A stretch of DNA of 64,000 nt from an uncultured Candidatus Poseidoniales archaeon (GTDB lineage Archaea > Thermoplasmatota > Poseidoniia > Poseidoniales > Poseidoniaceae), in NCBI GenBank assembly GCA_905182185.1, contig CAJJAP010000004.1:72178-136177 (forward strand). Direction: 5' to 3'. This document shows positions 53,499 through 62,593 of the stretch, piece by piece. Each line of letters begins with the position of its first letter. Position 1 is the first letter of the stretch. The notes beneath the pieces are model-generated. The model had not been told where the DNA came from and did no database searches. It saw nothing but the letters and a program-made list of their open reading frames with translations. The translations under genes were made by a program, and so were the position numbers.

Positions 53499-53798
53499 TC
53501 AGCGCACCTCCACATTAAATCCGTTTTCCTTTAGAACTCCAGCAGCCTTTTTCTTATGGTCACCTTGAAGTTCGATTACACGACCTTTGACAGTTCCACC
53601 GGCTGCACACTTGTTCTTGAGAAGTTTAGCGAGTTTGTTGATATCAATAGCTGCGTCTTCGATCCCTTCCACCTTTGTGACGATCTTTCCATATCGGCGA
53701 TGGTCGGTTGACAAAATTGCACATTGCTGCTCTTTAGCGATCTCCTGACAGATACATAGTTCGTCAGGAAGTCCACAAACGTTACAAATTGCTGCCAT
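53499..53798 (-). CDS. Translation initiation factor aIF1 (SUI1)
   Basis: CNVCGLPDELCIC, RRYGKIVT, AAGGTVK, IELQGDH. Confidence 0.95.
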   Translation of the reverse strand: MAAICNVCGLPDELCICQEIAKEQQCAILSTDHRRYGKIVTKVEGIEDAAIDINKLAKLLKNKCAAGGTVKGRVIELQGDHKKKAAGVLKENGFNVEVR

Positions 53799-53818
53799 AT
53801 CAAATCACCTCCCTTTAA

Positions 53819-54010
53819 TCAATTATTCAAATGTGTTAGAAGACGAGCAATACTTCTACGTGTTGCCTTGTATTCTCCAAGACTCGCTGGTGTACCACCA
53901 AGAGCCTTTTCTGCACGAAGTTGGAGCAACTCCTCTCGGAGTTCCAATAATCGGGACTCGCGAGCATCTCGGCTCATAGCCTCAATTTCTCGGTTGGAGA
54001 CGAAACTCAT
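53819..54010 (-). CDS. rpl29: Ribosomal protein uL29
   Basis: EI-MS, ELREEL, RRSIARLLT. Confidence 0.9.
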   Translation of the reverse strand: MSFVSNREIEAMSRDARESRLLELREELLQLRAEKALGGTPASLGEYKATRRSIARLLTHLNN

Positions 54011-54678
54011 GCGCTCGCCTCCGCAGCTGCTGCTTCTTCACGGATTCTCAGTTCTTCTTCAGAGAAAATACTAATCTCGTGAGGTAGACGAGTTCCTGAG
54101 CGCATGATTTCAACTGTAACACCGATTGTTCCAAGCTTCTTAATCGCTACAGAATATCCCTTGTCCATGTGTTGTAATGCTGTTTCTCCACAAAACTTTA
54201 CGTGACCCAATAGGAACTTCTGTGTGCGGTTTCTTGAACCGGTCAACTTTCCAGCGATTGTAATCAAAACACCACGTGCGCCTGCATCCATAATGTTGGT
54301 TGCAGCACTTGCACCAGCACGGCGGTAGTACCAGCCGCGCTCCATAGCGCTTGCAATCTTTTCAGCCATTACTTGAGCGTTAAGAGTTGCATTTTCAATT
54401 TCTTCAACCATTAACTTAGGTTGTAGAAGTGTGAACTCTTCATTCAAGCGGCGTTGAAGATCTTTGATGATTTTTCCTTTTGAACCGATGACCATACCAG
54501 GTCTGTCTGCAGTTACTGTAAGGATATCTTGAGGTTTGTTGTTATTCTTGTTTAGAACTCTTTCGAATTTAAGACTACCGAAACCTGAACCCTTAGTGTT
54601 GTTCATTAAGAATTCCTTAACAAGATGGCGTTCGACGTTACGGTCAACTATTGATCGGAGTGTACTTTGTTTACCCAT
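54007..54678 (-). CDS. rps3: Ribosomal protein uS3
   Basis: RPGMVIG-KG, RRAG, GARGV, KKLGTIGV. Confidence 0.95.
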   Translation of the reverse strand: MGKQSTLRSIVDRNVERHLVKEFLMNNTKGSGFGSLKFERVLNKNNNKPQDILTVTADRPGMVIGSKGKIIKDLQRRLNEEFTLLQPKLMVEEIENATLNAQVMAEKIASAMERGWYYRRAGASAATNIMDAGARGVLITIAGKLTGSRNRTQKFLLGHVKFCGETALQHMDKGYSVAIKKLGTIGVTVEIMRSGTRLPHEISIFSEEELRIREEAAAAEASA

Positions 54679-54688
54679 GATATTCACC

Positions 54689-55285
54689 TCAGAATTCATC
54701 CTCTAACTCATCGTCAGTTGCGTTGAAATCTTCAAGGAAGATTTCTAGATTAACACGGTAATGGTTACTAGGAGTTGCACGTCCACGAGCACGAGGAATC
54801 CATCCCTTCTTGATCTGTCCTCTGTGTGCTGCAACATGCGTAATTTCCATTTCCTCTGCGTCTACATCTTCATATTGATGTCGAGCATTTTCCATTGCAC
54901 TTTCAATCAACTTGATGAATGCACGGCTTGCCTTTACTGGGAAACGTCCAGGTCCGATACCGCCTTTACGGTGTCCGACCATACTAGGTCCAGAACGTTT
55001 CTTTTTCAGGTTGCCACTTCCCAAACGGAATGGGACTGCTACGGCCTTACGGCGAATATCTGGGCGGTCTGAATCAATCTTCAGTACTTGGTTAAGGAAA
55101 TTAATCGCTTTTCCAGCCTTCATGTGCTTGATGTAGCGGGCGATTTCGAAACAATGCTTGACGTGCATGTCGACATCGACTGTACGAGCTGTTGCTAAAT
55201 GGCTGCCTTGTAGGAGTTGCGTGTATCCCTTTTGGGGAAGTGCACTTCTCTTGCTGCGTCTGTCTAATTCTTTTGCTTTAGCCAT
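54689..55285 (-). CDS. rpl22: Ribosomal protein uL22
   Basis: AVPF, GHRKG-GPGRFPVKA, PRARGRA. Confidence 0.95.
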   Translation of the reverse strand: MAKAKELDRRSKRSALPQKGYTQLLQGSHLATARTVDVDMHVKHCFEIARYIKHMKAGKAINFLNQVLKIDSDRPDIRRKAVAVPFRLGSGNLKKKRSGPSMVGHRKGGIGPGRFPVKASRAFIKLIESAMENARHQYEDVDAEEMEITHVAAHRGQIKKGWIPRARGRATPSNHYRVNLEIFLEDFNATDDELEDEF

Positions 55286-55295
55286 AATAAACACC

Positions 55296-55793
55296 TCACT
55301 TCAATGCTACGTTCTGAGAAGAACGAGTTGCACCCACACCAGGGCCACTGTGAGTGACGCTATGGCGGGTCTGTCCGAATTCACCGAGATAGTGCCCAAT
55401 CATTTCTGGGGCGATCTCGACTTCTACGAACTTTAGACCATTGTAAATTGCGATTCTCTTACCCACGAACTCAGGTAGAATTGGCATGTCACGGCGATGC
55501 GTACGAATAGATTTTCCAGTAGTACGGCGGACACGTTCCAAAAAGTGCTCATTCTCAAGAGAAAGGCCACGTGCGATAGAACGGCGTGCACGAGATGGTA
55601 GTAGAGTGATTACAGATGGCGCATCAGGGTTATCTTCAGAAGGCCATAGTGGCATTTCTGTTAATTCCGCGACAGTATATCCACGGTATGTGAATTCCTT
55701 CTTTACACGGCCTGATGTAGTTGAAAGGCGCTTGCGTGCCTTTCGGCGGCTTGCCTTTGGGGTCATAAACGACTTCTTCTTCTTTCTTCCCAT
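55296..55793 (-). CDS. rps19: Ribosomal protein uS19
   Basis: FTYRG, RTHRRDMPILPE, MIGHYLGEF, GATRSS. Confidence 0.96.
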   Translation of the reverse strand: MGRKKKKSFMTPKASRRKARKRLSTTSGRVKKEFTYRGYTVAELTEMPLWPSEDNPDAPSVITLLPSRARRSIARGLSLENEHFLERVRRTTGKSIRTHRRDMPILPEFVGKRIAIYNGLKFVEVEIAPEMIGHYLGEFGQTRHSVTHSGPGVGATRSSQNVALK

Positions 55794-55804
55794 AATAATT
55801 CACC

Positions 55805-56521
55805 TCAAAGTTTCTTGCCGCGGCCTCTACCAGTGCGGCTTGGTGCGATAAGTCCGACCTTAGCACCCGGCGGAGTTCCACGTGCAACTGAGCTTGGTCC
55901 GTGGACAGCCTGATGATTTCCACCACCGTGCGGATGATCCACTGGATTCATTGCTACACCACTGACGTGAGGGAACAGTTTTCCACGGGCCTTAGCCTTG
56001 TAGTATGCTGCTCCAGCAGTACGCAGTGGCATCTCGTCACGACCATGACCGGCTAAGACACCGATGGTAGCACGACAATTTGCTGGAAGTTCTTTGAGAG
56101 CCCCAGATGGAAGACGAATACGAACTTTGCCTCCAATTCGAGCCTCTACAATACAGGAGTTTCCTGCTGCACGAGCAATCTTTCCCCCGTCACCTGGACG
56201 AAGTTCAAGATTGTTGATTGCGGTACCTTCTGGAATATTAGCAAGCCTAGTAATGTTACCAGGTTTTAGAGCCACATTGTCGCCGATTGCGACACTGCTT
56301 CCTATTGCAATTCCTTCAGTAGCCGATACTAGTGTTGTTTCTCCACCAGGCAACTTCACTCTTGCAAGTGGAGCTGAATGTACTGGAGAATGTACTAGTT
56401 CTGTTACTTCACCGACTATGTCGGTTGCGCGTGGCATGCGGTTAGCACCTGGGAAACGATGACTCGCCACGCGGTAACGTGGTGAGGATCCTTTACGTTG
56501 TGCACGAATTCTCTTACCCAT
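55805..56521 (-). CDS. rpl2: Ribosomal protein uL2
   Basis: MGKRIRAQRKG, PGDGGKIAR, GVAMNPVDHPHGGG. Confidence 0.97.
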   Translation of the reverse strand: MGKRIRAQRKGSSPRYRVASHRFPGANRMPRATDIVGEVTELVHSPVHSAPLARVKLPGGETTLVSATEGIAIGSSVAIGDNVALKPGNITRLANIPEGTAINNLELRPGDGGKIARAAGNSCIVEARIGGKVRIRLPSGALKELPANCRATIGVLAGHGRDEMPLRTAGAAYYKAKARGKLFPHVSGVAMNPVDHPHGGGNHQAVHGPSSVARGTPPGAKVGLIAPSRTGRGRGKKL

Positions 56522-56532
56522 GATAAATCACC

Positions 56533-56790
56533 TCAGAATGCTCCTAGACGCATAGCCGCGTCTTCTGCATCGTAACCTTCAGCAAGGCGCACAGATGCGT
56601 GCTTTCCATGCTTTGTGTTACGAACGTTAACCTTTGCAACTTCAACTTCGAAAAGTTCTTCAACCGCTCTTGCGATTTGATTCTTATTTGCACTGCGATG
56701 AACGATGAATTCAAGTCGTCCTTGACTTGAACGAGCTTCCATCGATTTCTCTGTTAGCCACGGTTGAATTATAATACTGTATGCGTCCAT
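56533..56790 (-). CDS. rpl23: Ribosomal protein uL23
   Basis: P-LTEK, NK-QI-AVE-LF-V-V-KVN, GKHASVRL. Confidence 0.93.
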   Translation of the reverse strand: MDAYSIIIQPWLTEKSMEARSSQGRLEFIVHRSANKNQIARAVEELFEVEVAKVNVRNTKHGKHASVRLAEGYDAEDAAMRLGAF

Positions 56791-56800
56791 GATATTCACC

Positions 56801-57682
56801 TCAGTTAAGAGCCTCCACAGCCGCCTTGGTAAAGACGGTTAGACGACCGACATCGCCACCAGGTGCCAAATCTTCAGCAGATAGGTTGCGAGCAGCGACT
56901 ACGTCTACACCAGGCAGGTTTCTTGCAGCATTTGCAAGTCCGGATTTATCCTTAACGACCAATAGAATGGACTTAGGTGTCTTGTGAACACGCCCTCTCA
57001 TCTTTCCTTTTCCAGCACGGATATTTCTTCCATCTCGAGCACGCATCAGATCATCTCCAAGGCCAATCTCGTTGAATATGGATAGTACCTTTCTTGTAGC
57101 ACTACCATGATTGAATTGTTCAATATCGAATTCTTCGCTCTTTCCATCACGAACTTCTACATAATTCCCTAGAATCAGTGGAAGTGCGGTAATATCTCCA
57201 GAGAATCTGTGACCACGGTTTGCTACTGTATCAAGATTAGTAGTAGCTGCGAGTGCTGAGTTTCTAGCGATTCTTCGCTCTTTGGAATTCAACTTACGAG
57301 CCCAGATTTTCTCAACCTTAGGACCATGTGCACGTCGACCACCTAGAGTGTGCGGGCTTTGTGCACCACGGCTTTGACCAGTACGGCGCATAATACGAGA
57401 GACACCTCGTCCCTTGCCCCACCATTCGACGGAGTGCTTCATACCAGACATAGGCGCACGCTTTCCTCCGTGTGCTCTTTGACCGTATGCTTGTCTTCGG
57501 TTAGCACGAGCGCTTGCTACTGCTAACTTGATCATGTCTGGGCGATGTGGTGCGGTGAATGCCTCAGGAAGAGTTACTTTCTCCCCTAGAGAAACTTCAA
57601 CAGAGAAGTTTTCTTGGAGGCGTCCTGCATCAAGTTCATCTTGACTGACATTATTTGTAATATCCATAACTGTTACTTTCAT
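56801..57682 (-). CDS. rpl4: Ribosomal protein uL4
   Basis: WGKGRGVSRI, GGRRAH, RAGKGKMRGR, LAPGG-GRLTVFT. Confidence 0.96.
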   Translation of the reverse strand: MKVTVMDITNNVSQDELDAGRLQENFSVEVSLGEKVTLPEAFTAPHRPDMIKLAVASARANRRQAYGQRAHGGKRAPMSGMKHSVEWWGKGRGVSRIMRRTGQSRGAQSPHTLGGRRAHGPKVEKIWARKLNSKERRIARNSALAATTNLDTVANRGHRFSGDITALPLILGNYVEVRDGKSEEFDIEQFNHGSATRKVLSIFNEIGLGDDLMRARDGRNIRAGKGKMRGRVHKTPKSILLVVKDKSGLANAARNLPGVDVVAARNLSAEDLAPGGDVGRLTVFTKAAVEALN

Positions 57683-57684
57683 GC

Positions 57685-58704
57685 TCAGACCCCCTGCTTC
57701 GATGCTGTACTTACATAGGTAATCTCGTAATCATGTAGTGCCTTATCGCTACCACGAGTTGCGTCACGGAATCTGATCAAACGCTTTGCAGGACCAGGAA
57801 CGCTACCATGAACTAGAATGTAATCGCACTTTACTTCACCATAGTGAAGGAAACCGCCAGCAGGCGTAATTGAATGCTCTTCTGGGTTTGCTACACGCAT
57901 GATACGCTTGTTGTACTCAGTTCTTTGATGATATCCAGTTTGACCACCTTGACGGATGGACTTTCGAACATATCCGTCACCGAATGCTCCCATGTTACCG
58001 TGTTGTCGGCGTTTCTTGGAGTTCTTGTGAGATTGAAGCTTTCCACCGAATCGCTTGATAACACCTTGCCATCCATAGCCCTTGGTTACAGCGATAATAT
58101 CTGTTAGTCCGCCTTCCTTGAATGAATCTGCGAAAGAATATTCTTCACCCAACTTTTCCTTAGCGAATTGAAGTTGTTCTAAGAAAGTGCCACCATCAAG
58201 TCCCATCTCCATAACATCAGGGACCTTTGTTGAGAGTCCGCCGACTGTAGCAGGTTGTGTTGCAACGATTAAGCGAACTTCACAGAGATCTGCATTTTCT
58301 AGATTCTCGAAGTGCTTCTCTGCATCGTGCTCTTTGCGCTCTGGTAGGCGCTTGAATAATTCAGGGAAAGCATCAGAGATTTGGCTTGCATCTGACCAAG
58401 CCTCTCCGATTGCCCTCATACCATAGGGGCTCATTTCGTATCCACGTACTCCAAGAATTCTCATCTTAGGGCATTCAACAACTGTTACTGGAACACGAAC
58501 TTCTTGACCTGCAGAAAGACTAGTTGGGTTTAAATCACGAGAAAGAATGTGAGTCATGCCAGCTTTCCAGCCAGCAAATCCTTGCACTCTAACTTCGCTC
58601 GCATCGGTTGTTGGCCACGAATTTACATGACCGAATGTGCGGGCAGACCGCTTTCGCGGGCTAAACGCCATCGATCCACGACGTGGGTGATTTCTCTTTG
58701 CCAT
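57685..58704 (-). CDS. rpl3: Ribosomal protein uL3
   Basis: PRRGSMAFSPRKR, KAGMTH, TKG-G-QGVIKRFG, GQTGYHQRTE, GSVPGP. GGAGG Shine-Dalgarno before ATG 58704. Confidence 0.97.
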   Translation of the reverse strand: MAKRNHPRRGSMAFSPRKRSARTFGHVNSWPTTDASEVRVQGFAGWKAGMTHILSRDLNPTSLSAGQEVRVPVTVVECPKMRILGVRGYEMSPYGMRAIGEAWSDASQISDAFPELFKRLPERKEHDAEKHFENLENADLCEVRLIVATQPATVGGLSTKVPDVMEMGLDGGTFLEQLQFAKEKLGEEYSFADSFKEGGLTDIIAVTKGYGWQGVIKRFGGKLQSHKNSKKRRQHGNMGAFGDGYVRKSIRQGGQTGYHQRTEYNKRIMRVANPEEHSITPAGGFLHYGEVKCDYILVHGSVPGPAKRLIRFRDATRGSDKALHDYEITYVSTASKQGV

Positions 58705-58900
58705 ATGGGATTCCTCCAGTTTTTTGTACAACGAATTGGCCCCACCGAAGGGGCGTACGAGGGCTCTCAAGTTGAGAGAAGCCGTGACACTGCGTTCCGT
58801 TTCCACTGTTGGAAAACGAGACTATAGGATTCCTCTCGGGATGGTCCTGTGTGTCTGGCTACTCACCTTTAAGCAACCCTCCGACAAACCTCCCCTATAT
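58705..58900 (-). promoter_or_regulatory. Promoter region and structured 5' leader of the rpl3 operon
   Basis: Several hairpins in a GC-rich non-coding stretch; TATA-like TTAAAG near 58870 and ATATA near 58898. Confidence 0.55.
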
Positions 58901-59071
58901 GAGGAGTTCGGTCTCTAAATGCGGCTTAGTTGCGTGGTTCTTTAATATCCAACCCACCTAGCAATCCCATAAAAAAACACCCCAATGCTACAAAAAGATT
59001 TCAGATTTCACTTTCATTATTCAGCAACCCCACGCATTATCCTTTTTTACCCTCGCCGTAAAGGAAAGGAT

Positions 59072-61723
59072 ATGGCAACTGTTCAACACCCATTCCTAAA
59101 GGATGGCGTTGAGGCAAGAGCATACCAATTTAAGGCCCTGAAGCAATGTTTAACGGCATCCACGATGATGGTGATGCCTACCGGTTTTGGCAAAACCGCA
59201 GTAGAATGGATGGCGATGGCCAATTGTCTGCACAATGAAAAAGGCAAGGTATTACTTATCGCACCTACTACCGGATTGGTTGAACAACAACAGAGAATGG
59301 CTAGGGCTATGATCGATATTGATGAGAATGAGATAATCACCTACACAGGCGATAACACACCTGCTAACAGACCAGAGTTATGGGATACTGGTAAAATTAT
59401 TATCGCAACGCCCCAAGTAATTCGCAATGATGTCCAAAATGGACTTATTGATTTGGCCGACTTAGGTCTAATAATTTTTGATGAAGCACACCATGCAACG
59501 GGCAACCATGCTTATTCTCAAGTTGGACAGTTGATGTTTAGCGCTAATCCCAAATGTTCCGTTATCGGTGCAACTGCTAGCCCTGGTTCTACTGAAATTG
59601 GAATTAGACAAGTCGCTAAAAATTTGAATATCAAAACTTACTCCGTTAGTAAGAAGGAAAATTCTCTTTTGCAACCATATAAGGTCAACATGAAAATCAC
59701 CCCTCACTATCTGGAACTTGGAGATGAACTCAATAAGATCATCCTACCTTTAGAACTCCATCAAAACGCAGAAGCAGAACAATTGAGAAAAATGGGATTC
59801 TTAGCCCCTACTGGGCATTTATCTTCGAAATTGATAGAAGATGCACAACGTAAGGCAAGCATTGCGATTCAAAGAAGAGATACTAGAGGGTATAATGCTG
59901 CAAGGAAGATCTCTAATCTGCGTAGGGTTCACATCTTGCTGGACCTCCTTAGAACTCAAGGATTGAAATCTGCCCAGGCATTTGTCGATAGAGCAGAAGA
60001 AGATGGCAGAAGTGGGCAAAGGGGCACAAATAGTTTCATTGCATTACCTTGCATCCATAATTTTAGAAATGTTTCAAAGCAATTCGATGAATTACATCCA
60101 AAACCTCAACATGCAGCTAACCTATTATCACAGCAATTGAAAGATTCCCCCGAAAGTAAAGTCCTAATCTTTACCGAATACAGAGATACGGTCGAATTGT
60201 TAACAGCCAAGTTCAATTCTATAGAGGGAATCATTGCTGACCGTTTTATTGGTCAATCTGGAACTGGAAGCAGAAAGGGAATGAATCAGAAACAGCAATT
60301 AGCACAATTACAAAGATTCCGTGAAGGAGACATCAATGTCCTAATTGCCACCTCTGTCGGAGAGGAAGGATTAGATGTCCCTGCTGCCGATTTAGTAATA
60401 TTATATGAGCCCGTTCCAAGCGCTATTCGAACCATACAAAGAAGAGGAAGAACTGCCAGACAACGGGATGGAGAAGTCCATATTCTAATCACAAGCGATA
60501 CACGAGATGTGTTCGTCTACATGGCTTCAAAAAGTAGAGAGAAGAAAATGCACATCCACCTAGATAAGATAAAGCGTGGTATTATATCGATTTTAGATAA
60601 CCATACAACTGGTGATGTTCTATCCGACTTTTCTGTTGCTGAGGAGGATGGAAGTATAGTCACTGCTGCCGATTACCTCTCCTCTGAAAAAAATAGACTT
60701 GACGAACTATACCCTGTATTAGAAACAGTAGAGCCAGAGGTCAAGAAAGGTAGCGGTGGAGTAAATATTACGGCTGGTGACAGTATTCCGCTAATCACTC
60801 CAGCGATGCGAAGGCCAAGCAATCAAATGGGATTAGATTCATTCTCCAATCTCAGTGAAAAGAAAACTGAAACGACCAATGTTGAAAAGGAAATTATTCT
60901 CGATAGTAAACAATTGAACTCGAAATGGAAAGTGACCTTAGATGGCTCCAAACAACAACTCATCGAAAAGGATGATGCTGATTATGGAATTATACAAGTT
61001 GACCACCGCGAAGCATCTACTACATTTGTCGCCCATATGCGTAGTATGAAATGTAATATTCAACTTACTCATCTGTACAACGGAGATGTACGCATTTCAG
61101 ATAGAGTCTTGATCGAAAGAAAAAGTTCTCGAGATATTATCTCCTCGTTGATGGATGGAAGATTATTATCGCAGTGCAGAAGATTACTTGCTGCCGCACC
61201 CCGCCCCTTATTGCTAGTTGAAATCGGAACTGAAACTGGCCACGCAGTCCACCCAAATGCAGTTCTTGGTGCATTAGCACACATTACATTAGATTTAGGC
61301 GTGCCAGTAATGATGACACAAAATGCCAAGGAATCTGCTCACTTTGTTAGTATTGCAGCAAAGCGTGAATTTGATTTATTGGAAAAATTGGCAACTTATT
61401 CATTGAACAAGAAATCAAATGCTGATTCCGAGAAAGGAGAGATTGAAAATTGTATTAACGCTGCAAATAAAGAAATTATCTCCATTATCAATGAACAGGA
61501 AGAAAGTGGACCCTTGGCAAAGCGATGGAACAAACTAGTTTCTAAGCAAAGAGTCGAAGTTCTTGCTGCGATCCCAAATTTAGGAAATAAGAAGGCCCAA
61601 TTACTTCTCGACCATTTTGGTACGATAGCAGCTGTATTATGTGCTAGTCAGAGTGAGTTGGCCAAGGTTGAAGGAATTGGGCCATCCACGGCAGCAACTA
61701 TTGAACAAATACTCAATGCTTGA
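59072..61723 (+). CDS. hef: Hef helicase-nuclease (FANCM-like DEAH helicase + ERCC4 nuclease + HhH)
   Basis: PTGFGKT, DEAH, TAS, QRRGRTAR, GD...ERKSSRD, C-terminal HhH pair (VEGIGP). Confidence 0.93.
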   Translation: MATVQHPFLKDGVEARAYQFKALKQCLTASTMMVMPTGFGKTAVEWMAMANCLHNEKGKVLLIAPTTGLVEQQQRMARAMIDIDENEIITYTGDNTPANRPELWDTGKIIIATPQVIRNDVQNGLIDLADLGLIIFDEAHHATGNHAYSQVGQLMFSANPKCSVIGATASPGSTEIGIRQVAKNLNIKTYSVSKKENSLLQPYKVNMKITPHYLELGDELNKIILPLELHQNAEAEQLRKMGFLAPTGHLSSKLIEDAQRKASIAIQRRDTRGYNAARKISNLRRVHILLDLLRTQGLKSAQAFVDRAEEDGRSGQRGTNSFIALPCIHNFRNVSKQFDELHPKPQHAANLLSQQLKDSPESKVLIFTEYRDTVELLTAKFNSIEGIIADRFIGQSGTGSRKGMNQKQQLAQLQRFREGDINVLIATSVGEEGLDVPAADLVILYEPVPSAIRTIQRRGRTARQRDGEVHILITSDTRDVFVYMASKSREKKMHIHLDKIKRGIISILDNHTTGDVLSDFSVAEEDGSIVTAADYLSSEKNRLDELYPVLETVEPEVKKGSGGVNITAGDSIPLITPAMRRPSNQMGLDSFSNLSEKKTETTNVEKEIILDSKQLNSKWKVTLDGSKQQLIEKDDADYGIIQVDHREASTTFVAHMRSMKCNIQLTHLYNGDVRISDRVLIERKSSRDIISSLMDGRLLSQCRRLLAAAPRPLLLVEIGTETGHAVHPNAVLGALAHITLDLGVPVMMTQNAKESAHFVSIAAKREFDLLEKLATYSLNKKSNADSEKGEIENCINAANKEIISIINEQEESGPLAKRWNKLVSKQRVEVLAAIPNLGNKKAQLLLDHFGTIAAVLCASQSELAKVEGIGPSTAATIEQILNA

Positions 61724-61726
61724 GAT

Positions 61727-62584
61727 TCAACTTCCAATAATAAGCGCACGTGTTCTTAGTTGTGCAAACCTATCTGGATAGTGTCCTAAGGCGAATGCAA
61801 CTAATTCTGCAAGATGTAATACTGGCATTGCAGTATCCTTCCCAGTTAATTTACCAGCCCTTGATTGATAAGAATCAAGATTCGAATGAGAAATAGTGCA
61901 CGTACTTACCATGATATCTGCTCCACTCTGTTTTGCATCTGCAAGAACTGCTGCTGTCATGGCCATTGTTGTACCCTCTAGAGTAAGAAGTGAAGGTGCG
62001 CCAACACTTTGGCACTTGAGTTCGTAATCTACCGGAGTTCCTCCCATTGCATTGATTAACTGTTCTAAGTAATTAGGAAGGAAAGCATCGTCATCACCAC
62101 AAGCACCCTCTCTTTGCATATTAGAACCATAGTACCCTGCAACATTGAGTTTTATCGGATTGACTACAGCGGCACTAATTTTATCTAAACCAATGTCTTC
62201 AACCAAGTAGTGAAGAAGATGGCGAGATTTAGATTCCCCTGAATATTCGATTCCAGATGTCATAGAGATTAGATTATTCAATTGTGAAGCATATACTGGA
62301 TCGGAAGCAATGATCTCCGCAGTATCACACATTATTGCGTGAGATGTTGCACAGGTAGTCATGATATCGATACTTTTTTGTTCAGCAAGAGCAAGATTGC
62401 GAGCAACCAATGAATGCTGTAATTTCGGCGATGCTTGGCTGATGATATTGCCGCCATCACTCGATGACTTTGGAATTTCTATCAAATCAATTCCAAGTGT
62501 CTTACACAAAGGAATGATGCAATCCTCAACTTCCATAGAAGCTGCCCTTGCAGTATTGCCTGGATAATATGCTATTTTTGCCAT
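61727..62584 (-). CDS. HdrB/SdhE-like CCG-domain protein with degenerate Cys motifs
   Basis: AYYPG, ARNLALAE, HLL, VAGYYG, LE-LI-AMG, SNLD-YQ, MPVLHLAELVAFALG frame an HdrB-type fold. Confidence 0.8.
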   Translation of the reverse strand: MAKIAYYPGNTARAASMEVEDCIIPLCKTLGIDLIEIPKSSSDGGNIISQASPKLQHSLVARNLALAEQKSIDIMTTCATSHAIMCDTAEIIASDPVYASQLNNLISMTSGIEYSGESKSRHLLHYLVEDIGLDKISAAVVNPIKLNVAGYYGSNMQREGACGDDDAFLPNYLEQLINAMGGTPVDYELKCQSVGAPSLLTLEGTTMAMTAAVLADAKQSGADIMVSTCTISHSNLDSYQSRAGKLTGKDTAMPVLHLAELVAFALGHYPDRFAQLRTRALIIGS

Positions 62585-62593
62585 ACCAATCAC

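Noticed and set aside
46452..58704. Unusual gene order in the ribosomal cluster, and long antisense ORFs
   Set aside because: The order rpl3 to rpl15 (with SUI1 and rnp1) is the canonical euryarchaeal one; the antisense ORFs are shadows of biased codon usage.
58705..58806. N-terminal extension of uL3 in the ORF track
   Set aside because: ATG 58704 has a GGAGG Shine-Dalgarno and matches the normal uL3 start; the upstream part reads better as a structured UTR.
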